From positions 124,001 through 188,000 of the forward strand of contig NIVC01000632.1 of assembly GCA_002269645.1 (NCBI GenBank): a stretch of 64,000 nt of DNA. The letters are read 5' to 3'. The stretch is from Macrostomum lignano. Taxonomy: Eukaryota. The first letter of the stretch is position 1. Every line of letters begins with the position of its first letter. This document shows, piece after piece, positions 33,301 to 53,270 of the stretch. The notes below the pieces were generated by a model. It worked only from the letters and a program-made list of their open reading frames with translations. It had not been told where the DNA came from and made no database searches. Made by a program: the position numbers and the translations under genes.

Positions 33301-33345
33301 AGAGCGGTCGCGCGCAGTTGCGTAGGCGGCAGCGCAATGCTGCAT
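27365..33345 (-). CDS. zic: Zic/odd-paired C2H2 zinc-finger transcription factor, 4 exons (~505 aa)
   Basis: Exons 33286-33345, 31885-32638, 31195-31389, 27365-27873; GT-AG, phases 0/1/1, total 1518 nt. ZOC-like SKEFLFRR; ZF1 CLW...CGRLF...HITVDHVGG; ZF2 CYWQEC...[19 protein letters not shown]; ZF3 [16 protein letters not shown]; ZF4 [14 protein letters not shown]; ZF5 [14 protein letters not shown]. The first small exon is less certain. Confidence 0.93.
27905..28220. repeat. (GAGATTAGACTGT)n degenerate minisatellite in Zic intron 3
   Basis: Tandem 8/13-bp units that decay to the right. Confidence 0.8.
28820..29905. repeat. 17-bp minisatellite (CTGTAACCAGTTCTAGA)n in Zic intron 3
   Basis: About 64 tandem units. 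Confidence 0.96.
30525..31190. repeat. 32-bp minisatellite (GGAGGTGACCTACTGAAGGACTGAAGGGGAGT)n abutting the Zic exon 3 donor
   Basis: About 20 tandem units; the array begins within a few nt of the GT donor at 31194. Confidence 0.95.
31453..31525 (+). tRNA. tRNA-Ala-AGC: tRNA-Ala(AGC) in Zic intron 2, antisense to Zic
   Basis: 73 nt, GGGGTAC...GTACTCCA. Acceptor stem carries the G3:U70 alanine identity pair. D-loop AGCTCAAATGGTAGAGC, anticodon loop TTAGCAT, T-loop GGATCGATGCC, followed by a T5 Pol III terminator. Confidence 0.95.
32660..33010. repeat. G-rich ~30-bp minisatellite in Zic intron 1
   Basis: (GGGGGTGCTGAGGGGGGCTAGAAGGGGTCA)n tandem units. Confidence 0.9.
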
Positions 33346-33944
33346 GTTTAATTCAAAAAATTCGAGCTCTGCTAAAGTAAGTGCAAGTTGAGGACAAACT
33401 ATAACTGCAGGGATAAATTGGGCTGGCCTCCATTCTGCCGCCACTGTCTCCATTCTGCCGCCACTGTCTTCATTCTGGCACCATTGTCTTCATTCTGGCG
33501 CCACAGTCTTCATCATTAATAAAAATTCGGTGCAAGAGCATTTTGCCACAATGCCACGTAAATTTCTCCATATGCTCGTACACAACCAGTTGAGATGCTA
33601 AATTAGTATGGAATTTTAGTATATGGGACCTTTTTATCACCTTTATAGTAGTTATTTTAAGTAAAGAATTTATTATTCGCTATAATTGCAGGTGCAAATT
33701 TACAACTGAACTAACTATTAGTGTGATATGTGAGAACAGTGTGTTCAGTAGCGTGCATTAGGATTGAAGGAGACAGTCATTCCATCTCATATAGGATAAG
33801 TCTGAATGGTCTTTATCACCATGGGGGCTGTGGTGGTCAGGTGTTTTTTTACTGTATATAGCAGGTGCGACTGCATTTCACCGTAATTTATATATATGTT
33901 GAGTCACAGGCCTGTTCGAAAGGTTTGCTTTGCACCTGTGACAT

Positions 33945-33975
<31 letters not shown>

Positions 33976-34354
33976 TAGTGTCTGTCTGTCTGTCTGTCTG
34001 TCTGTCTCACCTATTCAAGCTCAATTGACTTGAAACGCTATACTAAGGTCCTTATCGCAATCTTACAAGAATCACGCAGCTCATTGCCAAGACTAGCTGA
34101 TGCAACAGAGAGCAGTCAATCCATCATCAATGGAATCGACACGCCATAAAAAACTTGTCCTAAAATAGACAACCACGATTATGCACCCTCGCAAAGTCCG
34201 CCATAAGAGAAATGTCGGGGGGGGGGGTGTCACGCACATCGCATTGTCAGGAACTGAAAATTGCATGCGACTTGCTTGAAGTTGCAACACTCAGATCTTG
34301 GGTTCTAGAAACCTTTTCTTAGCGATGGGATACTGTAAGCATGGGAATCGGGAT

Positions 34355-34700
34355 GGGGGAGGCGTAGCCCATTCGTCCAGCGCGGCGCTCTGATGTGCCA
34401 TGCAGCGGCCCAGGCTCGATTCCCAGTGCAGTCACATTAATTTGGGGCTGAATTGGAATCTCGGCTTGGCTCTGCTCGTGCAATTAACGCCCTTGATGGC
34501 CAACCCCCAAGGCACAGTGAAGTGTACATGCCTATCGGTCAATAGAGTGTGTGCCTGTGCGTATGACTGCGTACGTATCCGCGCGCTTGTGTGCCTGCTC
34601 AGGGGAGTCGGCGGAATGGGCAGTAATGCCTCTCGCCGGTTGTGTGACAATGTCGCTTAAAGTGCGCCAGGGTGCACACAGCCCCCTGCCTCTGATAAAA
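34355..34700 (+). mobile_element. tRNA-derived SINE, family A (copy 2)
   Basis: Collinear with 3265-3615. Confidence 0.75.
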
Positions 34701-35178
34701 GATGGGGATCGGAATTCTAAGCATAAGTATTATATTTTTAACTTAATTTAATAAAAAACCGCAAATCCAGCAGCTGACAAGGAAGCACGCAGATGCAGAA
34801 TCGAGATCTCCAAGCATTTATTAGTGATGATGAACACAGAAATTTCACATTCCAACAGAACGCCTGCAGTTCAACCATAGCGATCGATATGCTACGCAAT
34901 GATGCATTAAAATCGCTCATTTATCAAAATTAAAAACTAGATTTTTTAAACGCGACAAAAACGCACCACAGTATATATATTGTACTACTGCCAGTAGCGA
35001 GTTGAAAACCAAATCTCTTTTTTCAACAATAAAGCTTATAAAAGACAGTAACAAGACTCTTTTAGAGATTAAAAATTAAATTAAAAATACTGACATCATC
35101 TGGCAGCGCATCGACGGCCTTTGACAAACACATCAGTTTCCATGGCAACCAAGTAATCAACTATCAAAGAAGAATTTT

Positions 35179-39424
<4,246 letters not shown>

Positions 39425-40299
39425 TCTAACGTGATTTCAGAAATTTCTTATTAACCGAAATGCCTGTCGTCAATTGAAGTCAATGCAACGCTACACGATT
39501 TTCACCGCCTAATTCAAATTCCACATCAAGTTATCAACTAATGCTTAGCCTTGGGCCTACTCCCCACCAATTGGCGCCAACACAATTTAAATCTCTCTTG
39601 GAAAATAGGCAAATTAAAAGTTGTAACTCGTTTTAACAAATTAATATTCACATAAAAGTTCAAGTTTACTGAATTCAAAGAATTTATCCTGACAAGATCT
39701 TCTAGGTAAAATTGCACAGAAATTCGCTTTACGAAAGTCATGGACAACGCAATTAGTCCATTGATAACTGCCATGAAAGGAAATTGAAACACGCTTACAT
39801 TGTAAATTATAAAATTTGAGAAAACAGTTTATTTAATAAAAAAATTACCCTTAAAATTTTTGACTTAATCCGCTGCGCAGTTCAGTCTTTTCACGTAGAG
39901 GGCGAATCGTAGCATTTAAATTCAACACACATCAAATCGGTTAGAGTAAAAATCAACTACCACATATACAGTGGTCCTTGGTAAAAGTCACACGAAGTAG
40001 TTATGACGTAATCGATTTCTCAGTCAGTCAGTCAGTATCAGTCTCCTAACAACGCTTACGCAATCTCAACCAAGTCTGATATACATGTACATGTACTCGT
40101 AAGCTTCCACACAGTTTTCAACACTGTGATCGACTCAAAGCAATATGAAATTAGAAGTTTCTTGCGCAACTTTATTTCCAGAGTCAACTCTCTAGCTAAT
40201 CCCAGGCACTGCGTCCGCATGGATGAGTCGCTGCGTGGCTAGGCTGGTCCTTGAAATCCGCAAGCTCTGGCCAAAGAATCTCATCGTATGCAGGTGCTG

Positions 40300-41217
40300 G
40301 AGAGTGAATCTTCTGAGAAGGCGGGCGGCTGCATCGTCCGCAGCCACCATTTTTGTGACTGCATCTTATATCGACTGGGAGGCCAATTTGCCAAGTACCC
40401 GATCAACTACAAAGAAAGCTCTCGTGCCACTTCGTTGTATGCCACGCTGACAATACGACGTAATCCAGCTATCTGCATTCTAAACAAGGCTGCTTCTAAG
40501 GACTCTGACCTGTTGCGTTTGCTTCAGACTGTTGGTCTCTTTTGCTTCACAAACAAAGTTGTGTTAAACTTCTTTAATGTGCCGGGCTGGTTTCAGACTG
40601 ATATGCTGACCCTATTTCGCGTCTCTACTCTCAGAGTGGCCTAATTAACTTTTGCATGCGTTTTTATGGCACTGTGCAAGTGTGTTCGCTTGAAGTTGCT
40701 TTCTCGGCTGCCTCCCATTATCTGCTTTTACAGGTCCTGGCCCCTGCGGTGCGGCGGCTTCGGGGGCGGGCGCTCGTCTGATCGAGTTGTCTCTGGCGAA
40801 GTCGACACGGCTGACCTACGAGTCTGTCTGCAAGCGTTGAGAGCTGGTATTGCCGCTGCCTCGGTCTTGACGAAGTTGCCCGAGCTCCAATTCTGCAGCC
40901 TCTCTTTCTAAAAGGAATTAGACGGGACCGAAGCAAGTCGTGGACCCGCAGCCACTAAGCAACGGCTCCGATCGGAGCATTTGATGCGCATTCGCCAGCA
41001 GCTGCTGCTGTCAGCGCTCCGGCGTGGTGGAGCGACGTTTGCTTTCAATGCTGGGCTGAGCGTGGACCGCTTCAAACTGCTGGGAGATTGGCGCAGCTCG
41101 GCGGTTTCGCAGTACATGTACATCTCTGATGGCAGTGCCGGCAACCTAGCGGCCCGTCAATCTATGTCTGCTTGTCGTGGCTCGTACTGTTCATCATTTG
41201 CTTCCTCTCTCCTTTGA
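40300..41217 (+). mobile_element. Degenerate, internally deleted tyrosine-recombinase (DIRS/Ngaro-like) retroelement relic
   Basis: Hand translation gives RNaseH-end-like VLNFFNVPG, YR N-terminal LSLAKSTRLTYESVCKR* and LFLKGIRR...EHLMRIRQQL, fused directly to box-II SALRRGGATFAFNAG...LLGDWRSSAVSQY. Stops and frameshifts are present. Confidence 0.68.
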
Positions 41218-42094
41218 CTCGTCTGCTTTTTTGAGTTTGAGGTGCTCCACATTCTGCTGTTCTATCTTCGTCATTGGTCGAACCCCAAGTGTATTGTATT
41301 TTATTATGATTCATTTACAGATTAAAGGAAAATTATAATAAAATAGTTTAAGTCTAATCTTATCAGAAAAAAAAACAGCAAGATTGAAATATAATCTTTG
41401 CTTTATGTTTTAAAGTTTTAAACAGTATTTCCGTATATTTCCGATCGGCATGAAAAGTGCAGTGCATCATCATATTTTTGACACAAAATCAAAGCCCGTA
41501 AACCGCTTAAGAAAGTTGTTTATTAAATACTATTTTATACTTTACAAATACCGAGAAGATAAATCGGATAGAAAATGCAACAAACCAGAAAAAAGTAAAA
41601 AATTTCAAATCACTCGAAAAACACCGTCAGGAAGATTGCGTAAAGATAAAAAAAACGAGAAAAACAAGAATAATGACGTAAGCGATATGCGATGTAAGAT
41701 CAGACTGACTAGAAAAGACTGACTAGATTTTACAAAAAGCGATGATATTTCAATGTGTCGCAGTTGGTCTCCAATAAAGGAGACTCAAATAAAACAGGGA
41801 CAAAAAAATTAGGCTAGTTTTTAAAAAGCACAAAACTCTCTTTAAATACACTAGTCAATGGAAGGTTAAAATCCGAAAAAATCTGTCTCAATTAAAGTAC
41901 ACACTGTTTAATGAAACATTAAAGTACAGTTGCACTTTTTGTACTCTGGTCGCAAATATTATAAATAAATTGCACTTTCACGGGTGTTCTTTCAAAGTGT
42001 ACTTTAAATGTACACTGAAGGCTGTGTTCAGCGCAAAGTATTTAGTTGAAATACGAGTACTAAATAGTTAATATTTTGATGATAAGGGCAAATA

Positions 42095-42570
42095 TCCCAT
42101 CCAGTGAAATCCCAGCCAGTGAGATCCCTTCCAGTGAAATCCTATCCAGTGAGATCCTATCCAGTGAGATCCCATCCAGTGAGATACCATCCAGTGAGAT
42201 CCGATCCAGTGAAATCCCATCCAGTGAAATCCCAGCCAGTGAGATCCCATCCAGTGAAATCCCAGCAAGTGAGATCCCATCCAGTGAAATCCCAGCCAGT
42301 GAGATCCTATCCAGTGAAATCCCATCCAGTGAAATCCCAGCCAGTGAAATCCCATCCATTGAAATCCCATCCAGTGAAATCCCAGCCAGTGAGATCCCAT
42401 CCAGTCAAATCCCAGCCAGTGAAATCCCATCCAGTGAAATCCCAGCAAGTGAGATCCCATCCAGTCAAATCCCAGCCAGTGAAATCCCATCCAGTGAGAT
42501 CCCATCCAGTGAGATCCGATCCAGTGAGATCCGATCCAGTGAGATCCCATCCAGTGAGATCACATTCCCA
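42095..42570. repeat. 15-bp minisatellite (CCAGTGAGATCCCAT)n downstream of the TTC39 stop
   Basis: About 31 units; reverse complement of the 6465-6670 unit. Confidence 0.95.
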
Positions 42571-42650
42571 ATGGAATCCCCAAGTCTAATTAATTAGTTC
42601 AACTAACATTGCCAAAACACAGCCCAAGCAATTGCAATAAAAGTACAAGG

Positions 42651-47856
<5,206 letters not shown>

Positions 47857-48539
47857 TTTAAAAGGGTTTGTTGCTCTCAGCTCTGAAATAATTTTAGTAA
47901 CAAATTTTCATTTTAGTATATGGATGGATAATGAAATACTACTGCAATATGTTATATGTTAGATTTTATATAAAAATCTATAAGGAACTACATGGAACAA
48001 AAAGACTTTAAATTTAAGCTTAAATAAAATTTCAAGATTAATCACACATAATATTCTTTTAAAATACAGAAATATTTTTCATAAAAATAGGATAGAATAG
48101 GAGGCAAAATTAGATGAAATGTTTACAAATTTTGTATCTATAGTCTGAATTAGGTGTATCACTATTGCAGCTAATTTTGTGTTACTTGTATCTTAATGTA
48201 ATATAAAGAAAATATAAAATGAAAAAAGAACATACAAGCCTGGTGTCAAATTTAAGTTGTATTAGCTAAAATTTCTCAATAAGACAATATTAAAAAAAAT
48301 TAAAATTCGTTAAAATACTGATGTAGCTTTGTTTTTTACTCCACCTCCTAATGAAATAAACGGATATAACACGATTAGCATGAATTAATTAAATTCCATA
48401 ACAAAAGTTCGAAAGCCACCAAGAAGTGCTATAAGAGATAGGCTTGTACTTTGTTGTAAAACTCTGAGATTTTAATATGTTTTGGCCTTTAATTTTAGAT
48501 GACAGTAGTCATGACATATGGCAATTAGCTTAATAGCTT

Positions 48540-48960
48540 ATGATAGCAAGCAGTGCGCGGCGATATCCGATAGTTAGATTAGGTCCCCTGCCATTAGCCA
48601 TTTATACTTATGATTTCAAGAGTGGTTCGGTTCGAAGGATCGATATATAAAGTTCCCAGAAAAAGTACATTTTTGAATTGAATGGCGCGATATCCGAAAG
48701 GACAATTGAAAACAAAAATTTTAAGTTTAATCAGTAAATTGTAAATTTTATAATTTTATAATAAACTCTTATTGAATACAAAGTTCTTTGGTTAAATTTC
48801 TCAATCAGTGACAGTTACACTTCGTTAAAATCCTGTTTATAGAGTCTTTAAAAATTCAAAGATTTACAGAGTCATTAAAATTTGATGAACCGCCGCGCGC
48901 ACGCACTTGTTTTACAATTGTATTACTTGTTGTGTAATTGCTGTAATAGAAGAAACGTGT
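48540..48960. promoter_or_regulatory. Candidate bidirectional promoter between TTC39 (minus) and SERP1 (plus)
   Basis: A local cluster of CG-containing motifs (GTGCGCGGCGATATCCG, GGCGCGATATCCG, CCGCCGCGCGCACGC) between two divergent genes, flanked by CpG-poor DNA. Inference only. Confidence 0.35.
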
Positions 48961-51294
48961 TTTTGTGATAGCAGGTAGAATTATTACGTTATGTACAAAC
49001 TGTATGCTGTCTCTTGAATTTATTTACTAGGCCAAAATTTCATCTAACTTAATTAGTTATAAGTAAGATTATTAAGAATAAGACCACAAGTCTTTACAAT
49101 TAATTAATTATTCCATAGCATAGAATAGCTAGGCCTAGATAACAGCTAGCGTATAAATATAAACTTATAAAGCTATAGATTAACATACTTAAGTATAGGC
49201 CCCAAGCATATTAATTATTACTTGAGTTAAGGAATCTATATCATTAACTTCTATATTAACTCCTTTAAATTTAGTGTAGGCCTAATTCTTATCAGAACTC
49301 TCTTACTTTCTTCTTAGTCCTGACTCCTTAGTGATAGTTCCTAGACACTTCATCATCTTACCACTTTGTCATCTAGGACCAGATGACAAAGTTACCATGC
49401 TTTTGGATGCTTTGTCATATCAAAAAACTGTTAATAATAAATCAGTGGCAGCACAGTACCTCCAGTTGGAGGGGGTGGTGGTTGGGTAGTTAGGGTCACC
49501 CCCTGCCCCTTACCCCTGGCATTTGGCAATTAGCACTTGTGGCCTTGTGCATACTTTTAGAATTTTTTGTCAAAGAGATGGTTGGATAGTTGTTAAAGGG
49601 AGGGATGGTTGGTTGGATGGTTTAAAGTTGGAAATCCAGTTGCCAGCTGGCCCTTGGGGCTCAAAATCCAGTTGCCAATGGCTATTTTTGGTTGCCCACT
49701 AGCCAAATTCTTGAAGATAGATATTTCCAAGGCTTATTTAATATATATGCACTTATATGATTATAGTCTAGGACTTGTTAGGCCTTATTGACATTATCAA
49801 TTTTTTCAACTTAATAGGGGCCTATCTGCCACAACTTATATTCATATGGCACTTCTATGAGATTTACAAAATCATTTTTCAAAATTGGCAATTGGCACAA
49901 AGAAAATAAAGTTGTTAGATTGGCCTCTAATACCAAAAATCCTGTTGCTAATAAGATAAAAGCCAAAAAAACCTATATGGCCCAAAAAATAACCCCAGCC
50001 CCCTGTCCCTGCCCCATCCCCTCTGCAGTGCTATTGTAGTAAATATAGATAATAAAGTAACCAAATTTTGAGGACATTTCATCATCCCAAGATTTCATAA
50101 GGCTGTAAATTGTAATATAATTTCCTAGTATTAATATACTCAAAGGGAACCAGATTACTCAGCAACAGGTTGACTTGGCAATAGGCAATTTAGCGACAAG
50201 TCAATTTTTGGCAATAGTCAGTTTAGCAACATATAAAGAAGTGGTTAAAATGGCAGTAATTTATTATCTATTGCATTAAGTTCATACTATAGTTTAGATT
50301 ATATATTAAATGTATGCCAGGTTTAATGCTATAAAAATAATGAGATCTTGTTTGTATGTCGGGTTTGTATGCCAATATAAAAAACTTGTCATTTGACATA
50401 ATGTAGCCTATCTGCTATGTTATGTATGCCAGGATATACTCTGATATATGTTGAAAAATGGTAAGACCACAGATACTATATAACTAGATAGGTCAATCTC
50501 ACTGTGGGGACCATTTAGGACCAAAAATGATACTACTCTTAGGACAGTAGTGTAAATGCAAATTATAAGAAACATTATTATCAGTGACTAGAATGAAATT
50601 GATTGGAAATGAAGTTTTCAACCATATGCACAATCTTCTACAGTGTATATTCTTGACTTTAAGCTAGGCTTTCGCTAGTCTAAATTTCCAGTAAATGCTT
50701 TCCTTTTCAACCCTATTGCAGCTTATAGCAGTGTAGAGGGGGAAGGGGGTGAAGGGGTAGATGCCAAGGGCTGTATAAGCCATCTAGCTAAGCAGAAGCT
50801 TTTTGCGCTGCCTTAACTTTAGTAAAAGCCAGCCAATGAAGCTGCATTGAAAGGAGGATAAGAGGGTGGTAAAAAGGTTAAAGGCTGTACAAGCCACAAT
50901 GTATGCACTATGCAGTCTTTGAACCAATCTCAATATAAGCATAGTATTTGCCTATGTTTTAAAAGCATATGGCAAAGGCTAGTTTCTTGTCCTTCCTCAC
51001 ACAGATGCATTTAGTGTTTCCAATGTGATTTGCAATCACGTATACATAATCAAAAAGTTGTCCTACACAAAATTCTACATTCTGCTCAAAAGGTATGTAG
51101 CCACTTGCACGCATGCACTGGCGATACCAGAGCTCCGGTGCAAATGCACTGATTCCTGGCAGCAGCAGATGATGCAATGGCTACTCAATGGAAAGGATTT
51201 CTGGAACTGGATGTATAGCTTACAGTGATTTGAAAGTCTGCAGTGCACATTTTGACGATTCAGCTTACAGCTACTCTGCATTGCAGCTTGAGGC

Positions 51295-51880
51295 ATCTAC
51301 TCGACCTGATACAAATGCGGCTGCAGTGCAGGCACTGATTGCTGAAGAACCATGATCAACAGTGCAACAGTTAGCCACTGCTATTGGCATTTCATCAGGA
51401 ATTTTGTCAAGCATTCTGCACAAAAATCTCAGGCTGAGCAAGGTGTCTGCCCGCTGGATGCCTCATTACCTAACTGAGGCGCAGAAGCAAGCTTGGGCCG
51501 ATTAGTGCTGAGCCCAGCTAGATAGATTTGACAAAGACAGGTCAACAAGCACCTGGGAGGTCATCAATGGAGACAAGACTTAGGTGTACAGCTTTGACCC
51601 CAAAAGTTAAGCAGCAGTTTTTGCAATGGGTCCCTATAGGAAGCAGCCTGCCTTCAAAATAGGTCTAGTCACAAAGCGTTGCCAAGCATATGTTGGCCAT
51701 TTTCGTGGCTTGTAGTGGTCCAGTGGTAGTTATTCCACTGGAAACAGCAAACAGTGACTGCCAACTGGTATATGACGGTGTGTCTTCCTCAGGTACTGTA
51801 AGCTATTGCTGAAAGACGTGCTAAGATGCGACATCAGGGGCTGCTACTCCACCAGGACAACGCACGGGCCCACACAGCGT
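51295..51880 (+). pseudogene. Degraded mariner (Tc1/mariner) transposase fragment
   Basis: STRPDTNAAAVQALIAEEP*STVQQLA...LSKVSARWMPHYLTEAQK...INGDKT*VYSFDP...LLHQDNARAHTA: WVPHEL-like, first D and DNA(R) motifs, with multiple stops and frameshifts. Confidence 0.85.
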
Positions 51881-52803
51881 GAATGCGTAAAAGCATAATA
51901 GTTTAATGCAATAATCACTAAAATACTAGAAAATAAACTGATTAAGAAATATGAGCTAAAATTAATAGTGTGCTTATACATATCAAGTTTCTTGCCATCA
52001 AAAGACTTTTATGGAAGTTTGCAAAATTGATTTTTTATTTTACCTATTTTTTACTACTGATGGTTGGTCCTAAGAGTAGTGTGAGAGTAAATTAACCAAG
52101 TGACCTATCTAGTTATATAGTATCTGTGGGTAAGACTAAGACCTTTGTATGCTAGGAAATCCTAGGGTATATCCAAACTTTCCAAACTATAGAGTTCACA
52201 TGTTTATTCCGATTTCAAAATAAGCCAAATAAACAAATGCTTGTTGCCTGCAACTAGGCCCTATCTGCAATCTTGTGCCACATGCACAATTTACAGCTAT
52301 TGTAATAGTGCTTATGATATTTTGTTCTTTTTGCTTATTTCTATAATAGTGCCTATAATAGTTCATTTTGCTTATCTCTATAATGTTGTGATAATGCCCA
52401 TTTGTTCTATATGCAAAAAATGACCAATTTATAACCAAGTTGAATTAGCGTGAAAATCTTAGAAATGCCATTTTAGTTTGTTTAAATGAGCAAAATATTC
52501 TGGATAATTTTTATTTGTTATAAACATGCCTTCCTGAATCCTATATATGCTCATATATGAGTGGATTTTTGCCCAAATAAATCAACCTCGTAAGCTCTTG
52601 AAATATTTGTGTGCTAACCCAGTGGTTCAATTCTATATTCTTAGCTAAATATTTAATTCTTAACGAGTTACTTATTTTAAGGCTAAAAGAGTTGAAAGTG
52701 CTCAGAAACTTACTAAGAGAGGGATTGGGGAAATATGCAAAGGAAATTTAGAGAGAGAAGAGCTGTGACCCTCTGATCTAGGTGACACCTTAAAGACTGG
52801 AGG

Positions 52804-53002
52804 CAGGGGTGTAGCCAGGAATTTCCTATGGGAGGATACACTAAGGTGAATTTTCTACAGGGGGATACACCAAGGTCAAACTGCTATGACATGACAGAGT
52901 CACATGGTAGCATGTATAGCAACAAAAGGCAACAAAAAAGTTTTGGTCAGGCTCTTCAAGGGGGGGATATATCCCCCTATCCTCCCCCTCCCTATGCCCC
53001 TG
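52804..53002. mobile_element. hAT-type MITE (199 bp)
   Basis: TIRs CAGGGGTGTAG / CTATGCCCCTG; 8-bp TSD ACTGGAGG / ACTAGAGG (1 mismatch). Confidence 0.72.
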
Positions 53003-53019
53003 ACTAGAGGAAAAGTACA

Positions 53020-53270
53020 AGTATCTTAGACGCTCGGGCCATATAGTAGACACTACTAGAATCATACCTTAGATGCTCAGGCCATATAGTAGATGCTACC
53101 AGAATTATACCTTAGATGCTCAGGCCATACAATAGATGCTACTAGAATCATACCTTAGATGCTTAGGCCATATATTAGATGCTACCAGAATCATACCTTA
53201 GACAGTCAGGCCATATAGTAGATGCTACCAGAATCATACCTTAGACATTCAGGCCATACATTAAACACTA
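53020..53270. repeat. 43-bp minisatellite
   Basis: About 6 units of TAGATGCTACCAGAATCATACCTTAGATGCTCAGGCCATATAG. Confidence 0.85.

Noticed and set aside
41890-42010. 11-bp inverted repeat TTAAAGTACAC...GTGTACTTTAA as a tiny MITE
   Set aside because: Short, AT-rich and single-copy in the window, with no clear TSD; could be chance.
50959-51177. Minus-strand ORF WYRQCMRASGYIPFEQNVEFCVGQLFD as a gene exon
   Set aside because: Lies antisense to, and directly upstream of, the mariner relic; no family recognised and no convincing splice sites.
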